A DNA stretch of 64,000 nt from a virus: the IMG/VR virus record IMGVR_UViG_3300050821_007764, positions 1-64,000 of that record. The stretch is one strand, 5' to 3'. The notes under the pieces were generated by a model. That model ran no database searches. It saw nothing but the letters and a program-made list of their open reading frames with translations, and was not told where the DNA came from. Each line of letters starts with the position of its first letter. Position 1 is the stretch's first letter. The position numbers and the translations under genes were made by a program. This document shows, piece by piece, positions 27,199-36,582 of the stretch.

Positions 27199-27227
27199 GC
27201 CCCATGGGGCCGGAGGGAAGCGAGAAC

Positions 27228-27440
27228 ATGTCTGAGATCAAGTTTGAAAGCGCAGACGTTGAACGCGTTTGGTCGTCCGCCATGAAGACCAAGGACCGCT
27301 TCGACCGGGAAGGCTTTGAATCCGTCGAGGTCCACGAGTCGATGGACCTCCTGGTCGAGTTCTGCGACCTGCTCATGGGGCGCGGGGCCAGGACCGTGGA
27401 CACGTTCCTGTCCAACAATGACATGGAGATCCCGCAGTAA
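27228..27440 (+). CDS. hypothetical protein
   Basis: GGAGG RBS. Confidence 0.65.
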   Translation: MSEIKFESADVERVWSSAMKTKDRFDREGFESVEVHESMDLLVEFCDLLMGRGARTVDTFLSNNDMEIPQ

Positions 27441-27603
27441 CCTGCGGACGCCACTCGGCATCAACCGGCGAGCCCCCAAAACCGATCGCACTCTTCGTGA
27501 ACGCGGGTATGGCGGCCGACACGGGTCCACGACCCCCGGCGAGCCGACGGCCGGGCGGGAGCCGCAATCCCCGCCACCCGCAGCCCAGACGGAAAGAGAA
27601 ACC

Positions 27604-28329
27604 ATGAAAATCTTCGGCAGAAGCTCCAAGCAGGCCGACGCACAGACCCCGGCCCAGGAGGTCACCGTCCCCGACGGCATGATCTCCCTGGTCAAGCAGG
27701 CCGCCGTCAGCCTGGAGAAGCACGGGGCGGGCAAGGAGAAGGCCGCCGTCTACCTGGTCCTGGACCACTCCGGCTCCATGGACGGGTTCTACGGCATCGG
27801 TGCCGTGCAGGATCTCGCCGAAAAGGCCCTCGGCATGTCCGCGAACCTGGACGACGACGGCCACGTACCGGTCGTGTTCTTCGAGAGCAGTGCGCACAGC
27901 CCCCAGGTGGTCGGCCTGGACAACTACCAGGGCTGGGTGCAGCGCGCCCACCAGTCCGTCCCCTACGGCTCCACGAACTACGGCGGTGCCATGGACGCCG
28001 TGGTCAAGCACTACCGCAAGTCCGGGGCCATCGATCCGGCGCTGGTGATCTTCCAGACCGACGGACGGCCGGACAGTGAGGCCGCCGTCGAGCGCAAGCT
28101 GCGCGAGTACTCCGCCGAACCCATCTTCTGGTTCTTCGTCGGCTTTGGCAGCGGTGCCGGGTACCTGAACACCCTGCCGGGGCTCTCCGGTCGCACGTTC
28201 AGCAACGTCGGCGTATTCCAGTGCGGCGCGGACCCGCAGGAAGTGTCGGCGGGCAGTCTCTACGAGGCGCTGACCATGGACTTCGCCCGCATGCTTGGGG
28301 AGGCCCGGGCCGCCAGCGTCCTGAAGTAG
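27604..28329 (+). CDS. vWA domain protein (TerF-associated vWA-like)
   Basis: VYLVLDHSGSM MIDAS; NLDDDG; FQTDG; FWFFVGFG. Confidence 0.85.
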   Translation: MKIFGRSSKQADAQTPAQEVTVPDGMISLVKQAAVSLEKHGAGKEKAAVYLVLDHSGSMDGFYGIGAVQDLAEKALGMSANLDDDGHVPVVFFESSAHSPQVVGLDNYQGWVQRAHQSVPYGSTNYGGAMDAVVKHYRKSGAIDPALVIFQTDGRPDSEAAVERKLREYSAEPIFWFFVGFGSGAGYLNTLPGLSGRTFSNVGVFQCGADPQEVSAGSLYEALTMDFARMLGEARAASVLK

Positions 28330-28334
28330 AGCTC

Positions 28335-28364
28335 TTGACACGGCTGTGCGAGAAGTGACATAGT
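28335..28364 (+). promoter_or_regulatory. promoter with TGCGAGAAGTGA box in its spacer
   Basis: TTGACA-N18-CATAGT; box 28347-28358. Confidence 0.6.
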
Positions 28365-28396
28365 CGAAGCAGGAAGAACACAGGAAGAAGGACGAC

Positions 28397-28786
28397 ATGA
28401 AAACCCTCGCACGCAGCCGCAGCATGGCACTGTTCAGCGACGCCTACCAGGCCGGGTACAGGGCCGCCGTCGACACCTCCACCCCTGTGCTGGAGCCGGA
28501 GACGGCCACAGCGCCGGAGACGGACGTCTTCGCCGCTGCGGCGGCACTGGGGGCGTGGTTCGAGGCGAACGAGGCGTCGAAGGTCTGCGACCGGGACAAG
28601 CGACGGGCCCGCAAGCTCATCGACACGCTCGCGGCGGGCGTCTACGGCGGCTGGGTCCTGCGCTGGAAGCCCTCCGTGCGCATGACCCCCGATCTGGAGG
28701 CCATCGCCGAGACCTACCGGCGGCTGGGCCTGGGCGAGGTGCCCATGCGGCAGTGCGCCGACAGCCTGGGGGTGGAAAAGGCGTGA
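28397..28786 (+). CDS. hypothetical protein
   Basis: CAGGAA leader, RBS. Confidence 0.75.
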   Translation: MKTLARSRSMALFSDAYQAGYRAAVDTSTPVLEPETATAPETDVFAAAAALGAWFEANEASKVCDRDKRRARKLIDTLAAGVYGGWVLRWKPSVRMTPDLEAIAETYRRLGLGEVPMRQCADSLGVEKA

Positions 28787-29034
28787 GCCGGAGCCTCCCG
28801 GACGTCTTCGTCAAGAAACGGGGCCGGTACCTGTGCGTGCGCGCTCTGTGGTCCGAACCCGGCAAGGGCTGGGCGATCAGCATCGAGGACGCGAGCCCTG
28901 GCAAGGACACCGATGGTATGCGGATCGGTGAAATGGTCATCGGGAAGACCGCCGTGTGGTGCTACACCCAGGAAGCAGCCCAACGAATGCAGGACCGGGC
29001 AGTCCGACTCGCCAAGGTGGGCCGGATCCGTTGA
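28783..29034 (+). CDS. hypothetical protein
   Basis: GTGA overlap. Confidence 0.6.
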   Translation: MSRSLPDVFVKKRGRYLCVRALWSEPGKGWAISIEDASPGKDTDGMRIGEMVIGKTAVWCYTQEAAQRMQDRAVRLAKVGRIR

Positions 29035-29387
29035 CCGCCGAAGCCGTGCGGTGGCTGGAGGGGGAATTCGACAGCCACCGCATTCAGGAAGTAGCCGGGT
29101 TCGAATACGAGCCACCGGCCCACAGCTCCACCGAGTACCAGCGGCCCGTGCTGGAATTCATCGACGACGTGGACGGGTGCTGTTTCATGTGCCGGACGGG
29201 ATCCCCGGAGCGCTGTTCGTGGTTCAGATCCGTGTTCCCTTCGCCATGGGCGTCCACCATGTTGCTGGGGCTTCCTTGGACGGAGGAGCGCGAAAGGGCG
29301 TGGCTCAGCTGGGAAACCCTGTCTGACTGCGAGTACGACCAGCGAATAGACGTCTACCTAGAGAAGACAAGAAAGGAATGCGCATGA
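29031..29387 (+). CDS. hypothetical protein
   Basis: TTGA overlap. Confidence 0.55.
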   Translation: MTAEAVRWLEGEFDSHRIQEVAGFEYEPPAHSSTEYQRPVLEFIDDVDGCCFMCRTGSPERCSWFRSVFPSPWASTMLLGLPWTEERERAWLSWETLSDCEYDQRIDVYLEKTRKECA

Positions 29388-30313
29388 GTGAGCAGCTCGA
29401 CTTCTCCGGCCTGGTGTTCCCCACCGAGCCGACAGCCAACTTCATGGAGATCACGCCGGTGATGGCAGAGATCCTCTTGGGGTTCAACGTCAAGAACCGC
29501 GTCGTGAACGACCGCCTGGTCAAGGAGCACGTCCGCACCATCCTCGCCGGTGACTACCTGGTCAATGGCGAGACCATCAAACTCTCCTGGCCGCTCCTCA
29601 ACGGCAAGAAGGACCCCACCGGCAAGGGCCTGCCCATTCTCCTGGACGGGCAGCACCGGCTGGAGGCCGTGGTCGAGGCAGGAAAGTCGATCATGATCCT
29701 GGTCGTCTACGGCCTGGACCCCGGCACCCAGGCCACCATCGACACCGGCCGCAAGCGCACCACCGCCGACTGGCTCAAGATCAACGGCGAGACCGAGTAC
29801 ACCACCTTCGGGGCCGTCCTGACCGGGATCTGGAAGTGGAACGCGGGGGATCGGATGTTCAACACCAACCCCAAGCCCACCCCCCTGGAGACGGCCCAGC
29901 TCCTGGCGGACCACCCGGAGATCCGCCGGTCCGTGGAACTCGGGGTCCAGGCATCCCGGGGGTTCCCGGACCTGCGGCGGTCCTCCCTGGCCGTCTGCCA
30001 CCACATCATCTCCCAGCTCGACACGGAGCACGTGCCCTACTTCATGCGCCTGATCGAGACCGGCGCGGGCCTCGAAGAGGGACACCCGGTGCTGGCTCTG
30101 CGTCGGCGGGCGTCATCCTACCGGCGGCGCAAGGAGCCGATGCCGCTGCGGCGTGAGGCGGGCCTGATCCTCACGGCGTGGAACAAGTGCGTACTGGACG
30201 AGCCGACCTCTCGCATCATCCAGCTCTTCAACGAGCCCGCCCCCGAGGCGCAGCACCCGATGGGGCGCTACCTGGAACTCCTCCAGGACGCGAAGACCCG
30301 CACGGACAGCTAG
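29384..30313 (+). CDS. ParB-like / DGQHR-motif protein
   Basis: ITP..A..L..N..NR; LLDGQHRLEAV; IDTGRKRT. Confidence 0.8.
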   Translation: MSEQLDFSGLVFPTEPTANFMEITPVMAEILLGFNVKNRVVNDRLVKEHVRTILAGDYLVNGETIKLSWPLLNGKKDPTGKGLPILLDGQHRLEAVVEAGKSIMILVVYGLDPGTQATIDTGRKRTTADWLKINGETEYTTFGAVLTGIWKWNAGDRMFNTNPKPTPLETAQLLADHPEIRRSVELGVQASRGFPDLRRSSLAVCHHIISQLDTEHVPYFMRLIETGAGLEEGHPVLALRRRASSYRRRKEPMPLRREAGLILTAWNKCVLDEPTSRIIQLFNEPAPEAQHPMGRYLELLQDAKTRTDS

Positions 30314-30316
30314 CGT

Positions 30317-30345
30317 TTGACCCCGCTCCTTTCCCCCTCTAGAAT
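30317..30345 (+). promoter_or_regulatory. HrdB-type promoter
   Basis: TTGACC-N17-TAGAAT. Confidence 0.7.
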
Positions 30346-30375
30346 AGGGGAAGGAAAAGGAACGGATGGATATAC

Positions 30376-30885
30376 ATGAGCATGATCCTGTTCACCATGC
30401 TTCAGCGGTGGGCGGCGGAGAAAACCAGTGACCTCATCGGGAATGGCCTGATCGTCGCTCTCGATGACTCCCAGGAATTCTCCGCCGAACCCCGACTGGT
30501 TCTGGAGCTGGAGAACCGCAGATACCTTGCACGGCTGACGCTCAAAGAAGACGGTAGCACGGCACTCGAATGCCTGGACAAGAAGGCAGAAAAACTCCAG
30601 CAGGGCACGTGCGCGGTTTTCACCGAAGGGCAGCTCGAAAGCGCTGTTGGGCACCTGCTCGAATGGATGGGTGAGCAGTCCGACCAGCCGGACACCCAGC
30701 CAGTGGTCTTCAATTGCCCGGACCAGAAAGCCGTCTACGTCTCACGCGGCGAAGCACGGATGATCAAGAAGCGGGCCAGGCTCCCCGGCACCGTCGTGGA
30801 GTACAAGTGTCAGCGCTGCGGGAACTGGCACCTCGGCGACAAGAAGAGCCGTGGCACCATGAAGCGGCGGACGTTCAGAAGCTAG
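30376..30885 (+). CDS. hypothetical protein with C-terminal YxCxxCxxWHL zinc finger
   Basis: YKCQRCGNWHL. Confidence 0.7.
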   Translation: MSMILFTMLQRWAAEKTSDLIGNGLIVALDDSQEFSAEPRLVLELENRRYLARLTLKEDGSTALECLDKKAEKLQQGTCAVFTEGQLESAVGHLLEWMGEQSDQPDTQPVVFNCPDQKAVYVSRGEARMIKKRARLPGTVVEYKCQRCGNWHLGDKKSRGTMKRRTFRS

Positions 30886-30891
30886 TACGGC

Positions 30892-30991
30892 GGGTCTGGC
30901 AGTACCAGGGTGCCTGTGGAAGGGCGCACTCTGGTTTGGTGCGGCGGTTGCCGCGAATCCTCCGCCCCGGGTTCGACTCCCGGCAGACCCA
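30892..30991 (+). ncRNA. D-arm-less tRNA-like RNA (acceptor stem, long hairpin, T arm)
   Basis: GGGTCTG/CAGACCC-A acceptor; CCGGG-TTCGACT-CCCGG T arm; ACCAGGGTGC/GCACTCTGGT hairpin. Confidence 0.7.
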
Positions 30992-31046
30992 CGGACTGCG
31001 GCAGCCAACCGCAGCGCACACGTAGGAAACACAGACAAGGAACCAG

Positions 31047-32618
31047 ATGACCGACAGCCACACCCCCCAGGCAGCCGTCGAGAACGACGACATCATGCAG
31101 GAGATGGCCCGTCTCGCCGAGGCCGCCACCGCCAACGGCCTCGCAACCCAGGCCAACGGGGTCTCCCCGCAGCTCGCCTCGGCAGCCGCCACCCTCGCCC
31201 TGCTCAGCGCACTGGGCGGCAACAAGGTCGCGGAGGACAGCCTCCACTTCGAGGGCACCTCCTTCATCCTGCCGAAAAACTACGAGGGCCGCATCGACGA
31301 CGCCATCGAGTTCCTGGTGCAGTACCGGTCCCAGCAGGCCGCCAAGGTCGACATCACCCGAGTCTTCGAGTACCGCCCCCTGGACGTCGCCCACGCCGTG
31401 CAGGCCGCTCTCAAGAAGGTCTTCGGCCACACCGGCAAGGGCATCGCCATCAAGACGATGTTCGGCGACATCGAGCCCCTCTTCGTGGACGTGCCGACCG
31501 GCGTGGACCAGGTCACCCAGGTCCCCTGGAACCGCGTCGCGTTCCCGTCCCTGAACGGGCACATCGACATCAAGTCCAAGGACTCCCCGCAGGGCCCCGT
31601 CGGACAGATCACCGTCAACGCCCCCCGCGCCTACCGCAGCGCCGTCGACGGCTTCTTCAAGGCGGTCGAGGCCGAGCTGCGTGGCGGCTCCATCTACCGG
31701 GGCAAGGCCATCGTCCAGACCGAGGCCGACGAGATCAAGTTCATGGACCTGTCCAAGGTCAAGCGCGAGGACGTCGTCTACGGCGACGAGGTCTTCGCGC
31801 ACCTGGAGGCCAACCTCTGGGTGGCCCTGCGCAACCTGCCCGCCATGCGAGCAGCCGGGCAGCCCATCAAGCGGGCCGTCCTGCTGGAGGGCCCGTACGG
31901 CACCGGCAAGTCCCTCGCGGGCTACCTCACCGCGCAGCAGGCCGTCGCCAACGGCGTCACGTTCATCTTCGCCGAGCCGGGTGCTGACCTGCACCTGGCC
32001 CTGAACACCGCCCAGCTGTACGCCCCCGCCGTCGTTTTCTTCGAGGACATCGACGTCCTTCAGTCCAACGACCCCGAGGACGTTTCCAAGCTCCTGGACG
32101 CGTTCGACGGCGTCGGCGGCAAGGGCAAGGAGGTCATCGCGGTCCTGACCACCAACAACCGCGACAAGATCCACAAGGGCATGCTGCGGCCCGGCCGCCT
32201 GGACGCCGTCATCCACATCGCCGACCTGGACCTCGGCGGTATGCAGCGACTGATCGAGGCGTCGTTCCGGGGCAGCGACGTCAAGCTCCTGGACATCGAC
32301 TACGAGGCCGTGTTCGAGGCGTGCGAGGGCTACCTGCCCGCGTTCGTCCGCGAGGTCGCCACCCGCGCCCTGCGGTACGCCATGGTCCGCGTGAACGGCA
32401 TGCCGAACGAGCTGACCACCGACGACCTCCTCAAGGCCGCACACGGCCTGCGGGAGCAGTACAGCCTCATGATCGGCGCGCACGAGATCCAGCAGACGGC
32501 GACGCTGGAGGCCGCGCTGCACAACGTCATCGCGGAAACCCTGGAGAAGGCCGTCGCCCTGGACGCCGACGGGGACCAGAACTACAACATCCGTGGGTTC
32601 GAGATCGCCCGCAAGTAG
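31047..32618 (+). CDS. AAA+ ATPase
   Basis: Walker A GPYGTGKS, Walker B VVFFEDID, TTNN, LRPGRLD. Confidence 0.9.
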   Translation: MTDSHTPQAAVENDDIMQEMARLAEAATANGLATQANGVSPQLASAAATLALLSALGGNKVAEDSLHFEGTSFILPKNYEGRIDDAIEFLVQYRSQQAAKVDITRVFEYRPLDVAHAVQAALKKVFGHTGKGIAIKTMFGDIEPLFVDVPTGVDQVTQVPWNRVAFPSLNGHIDIKSKDSPQGPVGQITVNAPRAYRSAVDGFFKAVEAELRGGSIYRGKAIVQTEADEIKFMDLSKVKREDVVYGDEVFAHLEANLWVALRNLPAMRAAGQPIKRAVLLEGPYGTGKSLAGYLTAQQAVANGVTFIFAEPGADLHLALNTAQLYAPAVVFFEDIDVLQSNDPEDVSKLLDAFDGVGGKGKEVIAVLTTNNRDKIHKGMLRPGRLDAVIHIADLDLGGMQRLIEASFRGSDVKLLDIDYEAVFEACEGYLPAFVREVATRALRYAMVRVNGMPNELTTDDLLKAAHGLREQYSLMIGAHEIQQTATLEAALHNVIAETLEKAVALDADGDQNYNIRGFEIARK

Positions 32619-32695
32619 CACCCCGGGGGCGGTCCAGGCGGTACGCTGCCTGGACCGCCCTACCCGTTGCCGGACAGGAAGAGGGAGGAGACATC

Positions 32696-32890
32696 ATGGA
32701 CCCGAACGATCTTGCCATTCAGGGTGGCCCGGTGAACCGTGTCACCTGGGAAGCCGCCCGGCTTCTGGGTGCGGGCTGCGGCGTCGAGGTGTCCGATGCC
32801 GGGTACGGCCTGCGGTCCACCGGCTTCAACCGGTCCAACCGCGTCAGCCAGCAGGCGTACCTGGAGCAGATCGAGGAGCGCCAGCGGTGA
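32696..32890 (+). CDS. hypothetical protein
   Basis: GGAGGAG RBS. Confidence 0.6.
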   Translation: MDPNDLAIQGGPVNRVTWEAARLLGAGCGVEVSDAGYGLRSTGFNRSNRVSQQAYLEQIEERQR

Positions 32891-33417
32891 CAGGACGCGA
32901 GGGGTTCATCCTGGCGACTGGTAGCCGCACCGCGCCGCCCTGGCTGCGGGACGAGGTCCACACGCGCCTCACGGAGCTCTCCGAGGATGCCCGCAGCAAC
33001 CATGGCGTGCAGCGTCTCACTGTCGTCCACGGGGCTGCCGCCGGTGTTGACACCGACGGTCGGGTCTGGGCGCACCGGGACCACGGCTGGCCGGTCGGCC
33101 ACAAGGCGTTCCCGGCGATCTGGGCGGGCCCCTGCGACCCAGCGCGCTGCACCCCTGGGCATCGCAGGACCCGGGAGGGCGGCTCGGACTGGTGTCCGGC
33201 CCAAGGCAGTTATCGCAACGGTGCTATGGCCACGTATCTCCACCGGCAGTATCATGATCTGGGTGCCTGGGTGCAGGTGGCGGCGTTCTACCGGATGCCC
33301 AATTCGGTGGGAACACTGGACTGCGTACGGCAGGCACGGACGCTGAGACTACCTGTGCTGGAGTACGGCAATGCCCCGAGGACCGGAACCGAAGAACCCG
33401 GGGAAACGCTGTTCTGA
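32887..33417 (+). CDS. SLOG-family (YspA/DUF2493-like) protein
   Basis: ILATGSR..VVHGAAAGVD..RNGAM..GTLDC. Confidence 0.75.
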   Translation: MTGREGFILATGSRTAPPWLRDEVHTRLTELSEDARSNHGVQRLTVVHGAAAGVDTDGRVWAHRDHGWPVGHKAFPAIWAGPCDPARCTPGHRRTREGGSDWCPAQGSYRNGAMATYLHRQYHDLGAWVQVAAFYRMPNSVGTLDCVRQARTLRLPVLEYGNAPRTGTEEPGETLF

Positions 33418-33571
33418 GTGCGGCCGGAGAGTCCGCCTCTCTTTCGACGGTACCGTGCGCACACATTTCCTGAAGCAGGCGTCCTACGATCCGCAGACGC
33501 GGGAGATGTGTATCGGGTCCAACCAAGAATTCGTACAGGAACTGCGCCGGGAGCGCATCACCAGAAGGTAG
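33371..33571 (+). CDS. small zinc-binding protein
   Basis: CSEC..H..C. Confidence 0.5.
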   Translation: MPRGPEPKNPGKRCSECGRRVRLSFDGTVRTHFLKQASYDPQTREMCIGSNQEFVQELRRERITRR

Positions 33572-33647
33572 CAGCCCGGCCGATTGTCAGACCCGGGTGC
33601 GAGGATGGAGTCCTGGCACCCTGCACCGCACAGAGAACAGGAACAGC

Positions 33648-34733
33648 ATGAGCACGTTCGTCGACAAGCACCTCGTCAACCATGTCATCTTCGTCCTGGA
33701 CGCGTCCACCTCCATGGAAGGCAGCAGGGCCCGGCAGCTCGTCAAGGCAGTCGCCGAGGAGGTCAGGAACCTCGCCATCGAATCGGGCTCCGAGAAGCAG
33801 AACCAGGAGACCCGCGTCGCGATCTACACCTTCGCGGACAAGGCACAGTGTGTCGTCTCAGAGCGTGACGTGATGCGTCTGCCAGAGATCGGGGACGTCT
33901 ATGAGCCCTACGGCAACACCGCTCTGTGTGACGCCGGGATCCTGGTGCTGGACGACATCAAACTGGTCTGCCAGAAGTATGGCAGCCATGGCTTCCTGGT
34001 GTACTTCCTGACCGACGGCGAAGAGAACCGCTCCCACCCCGTTGCGCGGGCCAATCTGCCGAAGCGCCTGGCGGACCTGCCGGAGAACGTCACCGTCGCC
34101 TGCCTGGTCCCGGAGGGGCGGAACTACAGCGGCAACACGTGCGCCGAGGACGCCATCCGCTACGGCTTCCCGCCCGGCAACGTCGCCACCTGGAATATCA
34201 ACGCCGCAGACGGAGTGAAGAAGGCCGTCCAGAGCACCATGCGTACGGCGACGGCCAACTACATGACCGCCCGTGCATCCGGCCTGCCCGGCAGCACCAC
34301 GCTGTTCTCCACGAGCAGTGCGGCGGACAACGAGGCCGCCGTCAAGCAGAACCTCACCCCGCTGTCCACGGACGAGTACACCCTGATCCCGGTCGTGCCG
34401 CCGCCCGCCTCCAACAACGGCAAGCCGTGGGAGATCAAGCTGTTCGCGGAGCACTGTGGGCACAGGTACACGGCTGGGTACAGCGGTTACTACGAACTGG
34501 TGGCCACCAAGAAGAAGCCCTCGGAGGTCATCCAGGGCAATAAGAAGATCATCGTCGTCGAGAAGGCCACCAACCAGGCATTCGGCGGGGACGCCGCACG
34601 CTCCCTGCTTGATCTCACTAACGAAACCAAGCGCGTGCGCCCCAAGGACTACCCCGGTTACAAAATTTACGTGCTGTCCGGCTCGGTGAACCGCCACCTG
34701 GTCCCCGGCACCCACCTGTTGATCAAGAAGTAG
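33648..34733 (+). CDS. vWA domain protein with C-terminal extension
   Basis: VIFVLDASTSM, GNTALCDA, FLTDGEEN. Confidence 0.85.
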   Translation: MSTFVDKHLVNHVIFVLDASTSMEGSRARQLVKAVAEEVRNLAIESGSEKQNQETRVAIYTFADKAQCVVSERDVMRLPEIGDVYEPYGNTALCDAGILVLDDIKLVCQKYGSHGFLVYFLTDGEENRSHPVARANLPKRLADLPENVTVACLVPEGRNYSGNTCAEDAIRYGFPPGNVATWNINAADGVKKAVQSTMRTATANYMTARASGLPGSTTLFSTSSAADNEAAVKQNLTPLSTDEYTLIPVVPPPASNNGKPWEIKLFAEHCGHRYTAGYSGYYELVATKKKPSEVIQGNKKIIVVEKATNQAFGGDAARSLLDLTNETKRVRPKDYPGYKIYVLSGSVNRHLVPGTHLLIKK

Positions 34734-34738
34734 GAAAA

Positions 34739-35098
34739 GTGAAGAAGCAGCTGACCGGGGACGCGATGTTCTACCGCGCCTGGTCCTCCGGACTGAGCGT
34801 CAGCCATGCGGCGTTTCTCGCGAACATGGTCGATTTGCCCGAGGGGGAGTACGCCGACGCGTTCATCCGGGCCATACTGCGGGGTGTTTCACTTCACCGT
34901 ACGCCGAGCCGGATGCGGCGGTACATTGTCCGGAACCGCCGGGCGTACCACCACGACCAGGCACTCATCGCCCGGCACGAACGGGAAGTCCTGCGGGCCC
35001 GGGATGGCATGCGCTGCCACCAGTGCCGTGCCGTCCCGCCGCAGCCGGGCGAGATCATGGACCCGGAGTCCATCGAGTACATTGCCAGCTTGACCTAG
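34739..35098 (+). CDS. hypothetical protein
   Basis: operon tiling. Confidence 0.6.
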   Translation: MKKQLTGDAMFYRAWSSGLSVSHAAFLANMVDLPEGEYADAFIRAILRGVSLHRTPSRMRRYIVRNRRAYHHDQALIARHEREVLRARDGMRCHQCRAVPPQPGEIMDPESIEYIASLT

Positions 35099-35115
35099 GA
35101 AAAGGAAGGCAGGAC

Positions 35116-35616
35116 GTGAACGCCATCAAATACGTGATTGGCGACGCCACCGCACCGATAGGCGAAGGCCCCCAACTGATCGCGCACATCTGCAACGACC
35201 AGGGCGGCTGGGGATCCGGCTTCGTCCTCGCCGTCTCCAAGCGCTGGCCCGAACCGGAGGAGATGTACCGGTCCTGGGCACGCATGGGCAGCGGCGGAGG
35301 GTTTCGCCTCGGAGAGACACAGTTCGCGCACGTCTCGCTCAACCACAACATCGTCGTGGCCAACATGGTGGCCCAGCGCGGATTCGTCACCGGGGACAAC
35401 CGCCGGGCCGTGGACTACGACGCGTTGCGCACGTGCCTGGAGACCGTCGCGCTGGTGGCCACCGGTAGCGCCGTCGTGTTCACCCCCCGCTCCTCCGTGC
35501 ACATGCCCCGCATCGGCTGTGGCCTGGGCGGCGGCACCTGGGAGGAGATTGAGCTCATCATCACGGAGACGCTGGTGAACAGCGGCGTGGACGTCACCGT
35601 CTACGACCTGCCGTGA
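35116..35616 (+). CDS. macrodomain ADP-ribosylhydrolase (SCO6735/TARG1/DarG-like class)
   Basis: GDAT..IAHICNDQGGWGSGFV..HMPRIGCGLGGGTW..VTVYD. Confidence 0.9.
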   Translation: MNAIKYVIGDATAPIGEGPQLIAHICNDQGGWGSGFVLAVSKRWPEPEEMYRSWARMGSGGGFRLGETQFAHVSLNHNIVVANMVAQRGFVTGDNRRAVDYDALRTCLETVALVATGSAVVFTPRSSVHMPRIGCGLGGGTWEEIELIITETLVNSGVDVTVYDLP

Positions 35617-35885
35617 GCGGCACCGCACTGGACGACCTCGTCATCACCTTCACGGACGAGGTGCATGAGGACGTCTGCGAAGCCCCAAACAGCACCTGCT
35701 CCAAGGCGGCCATCTGGGACTTGATCAACGGCTGTGGCTGCACTTGGGCCATCTGCCACGACCACAAAGTGTGGGGGGAGAAGAAGTTCCGCGAACTCTT
35801 CCCGGACGGTACGGGCTACATGTGTGCCAGATGCCTCGCCAATGAGCCGCCCTACCGTTTCGTACCGCACCGGAGGAACCGTTGA
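35613..35885 (+). CDS. Cys-rich hypothetical protein
   Basis: GTGA overlap, several CxxC motifs. Confidence 0.6.
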   Translation: MSGTALDDLVITFTDEVHEDVCEAPNSTCSKAAIWDLINGCGCTWAICHDHKVWGEKKFRELFPDGTGYMCARCLANEPPYRFVPHRRNR

Positions 35886-36172
35886 GCCGATACTCCCTCG
35901 TTCACCGTAAGGACAACACCGTCCGGGACCTCACCTTCCGCCGGTACAAAGGAATGCACCGGCCGATGGAATGGAGCGCCTACAACTTCTACGTCGGAAA
36001 GGAACGCTGGGGATTCGTCACCCACACGCTCGGCAGCAAGGGCCGCCAGTGGACAGCGCACTCCTTCAATCAGGACGTTCCCAAGGGCCTGCGTAAGCAG
36101 AACGGCTTCGCCACGCGCTTCGAGGCCGGACGCTACATCATCAAGACCTACGGCTACTGGGAGAACGACTGA
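35882..36172 (+). CDS. hypothetical protein
   Basis: GGAGG RBS, TTG. Confidence 0.65.
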   Translation: MSRYSLVHRKDNTVRDLTFRRYKGMHRPMEWSAYNFYVGKERWGFVTHTLGSKGRQWTAHSFNQDVPKGLRKQNGFATRFEAGRYIIKTYGYWEND

Positions 36173-36582
36173 TGGACATGGAGGAGCTGGCCGACCCGAT
36201 ACTGCGAGAGATCCGCAAAAGAAGCGCGGACAGCAACCCGGTCGACTTTCTGGTGGAAGGGCACCGCCACGGCCTGCGCGGGTGCCGGTGCCTGTCCTGT
36301 GACGTCACCACCGGCTACATGATCAGCACGGGTGTCACCTGTGACGAGATTCCCGAGGCGGCTGACGCGTGTGATGGTGGCTGTCTCTGCCCTGTGCTGA
36401 CCGAGGGACAGGCGGAGTCCCTCATCCGGGCGGACCTGGACCGCTCGTGGCTGCTCGGGGAGGTCCGGCGGCTGGAGGGTCTTGTTGCGGCCCACCAGCG
36501 GGTTGAACTCCGGCTGGCCCGGGAGGCGGCAGGACCGTGGCCCTTCCAGGTGGTTCGCAGGCGAAGGAAGGAACAGGCGTGA
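36172..36582 (+). CDS. Cys-rich hypothetical protein
   Basis: TGATG coupling. Confidence 0.6.
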   Translation: MDMEELADPILREIRKRSADSNPVDFLVEGHRHGLRGCRCLSCDVTTGYMISTGVTCDEIPEAADACDGGCLCPVLTEGQAESLIRADLDRSWLLGEVRRLEGLVAAHQRVELRLAREAAGPWPFQVVRRRRKEQA

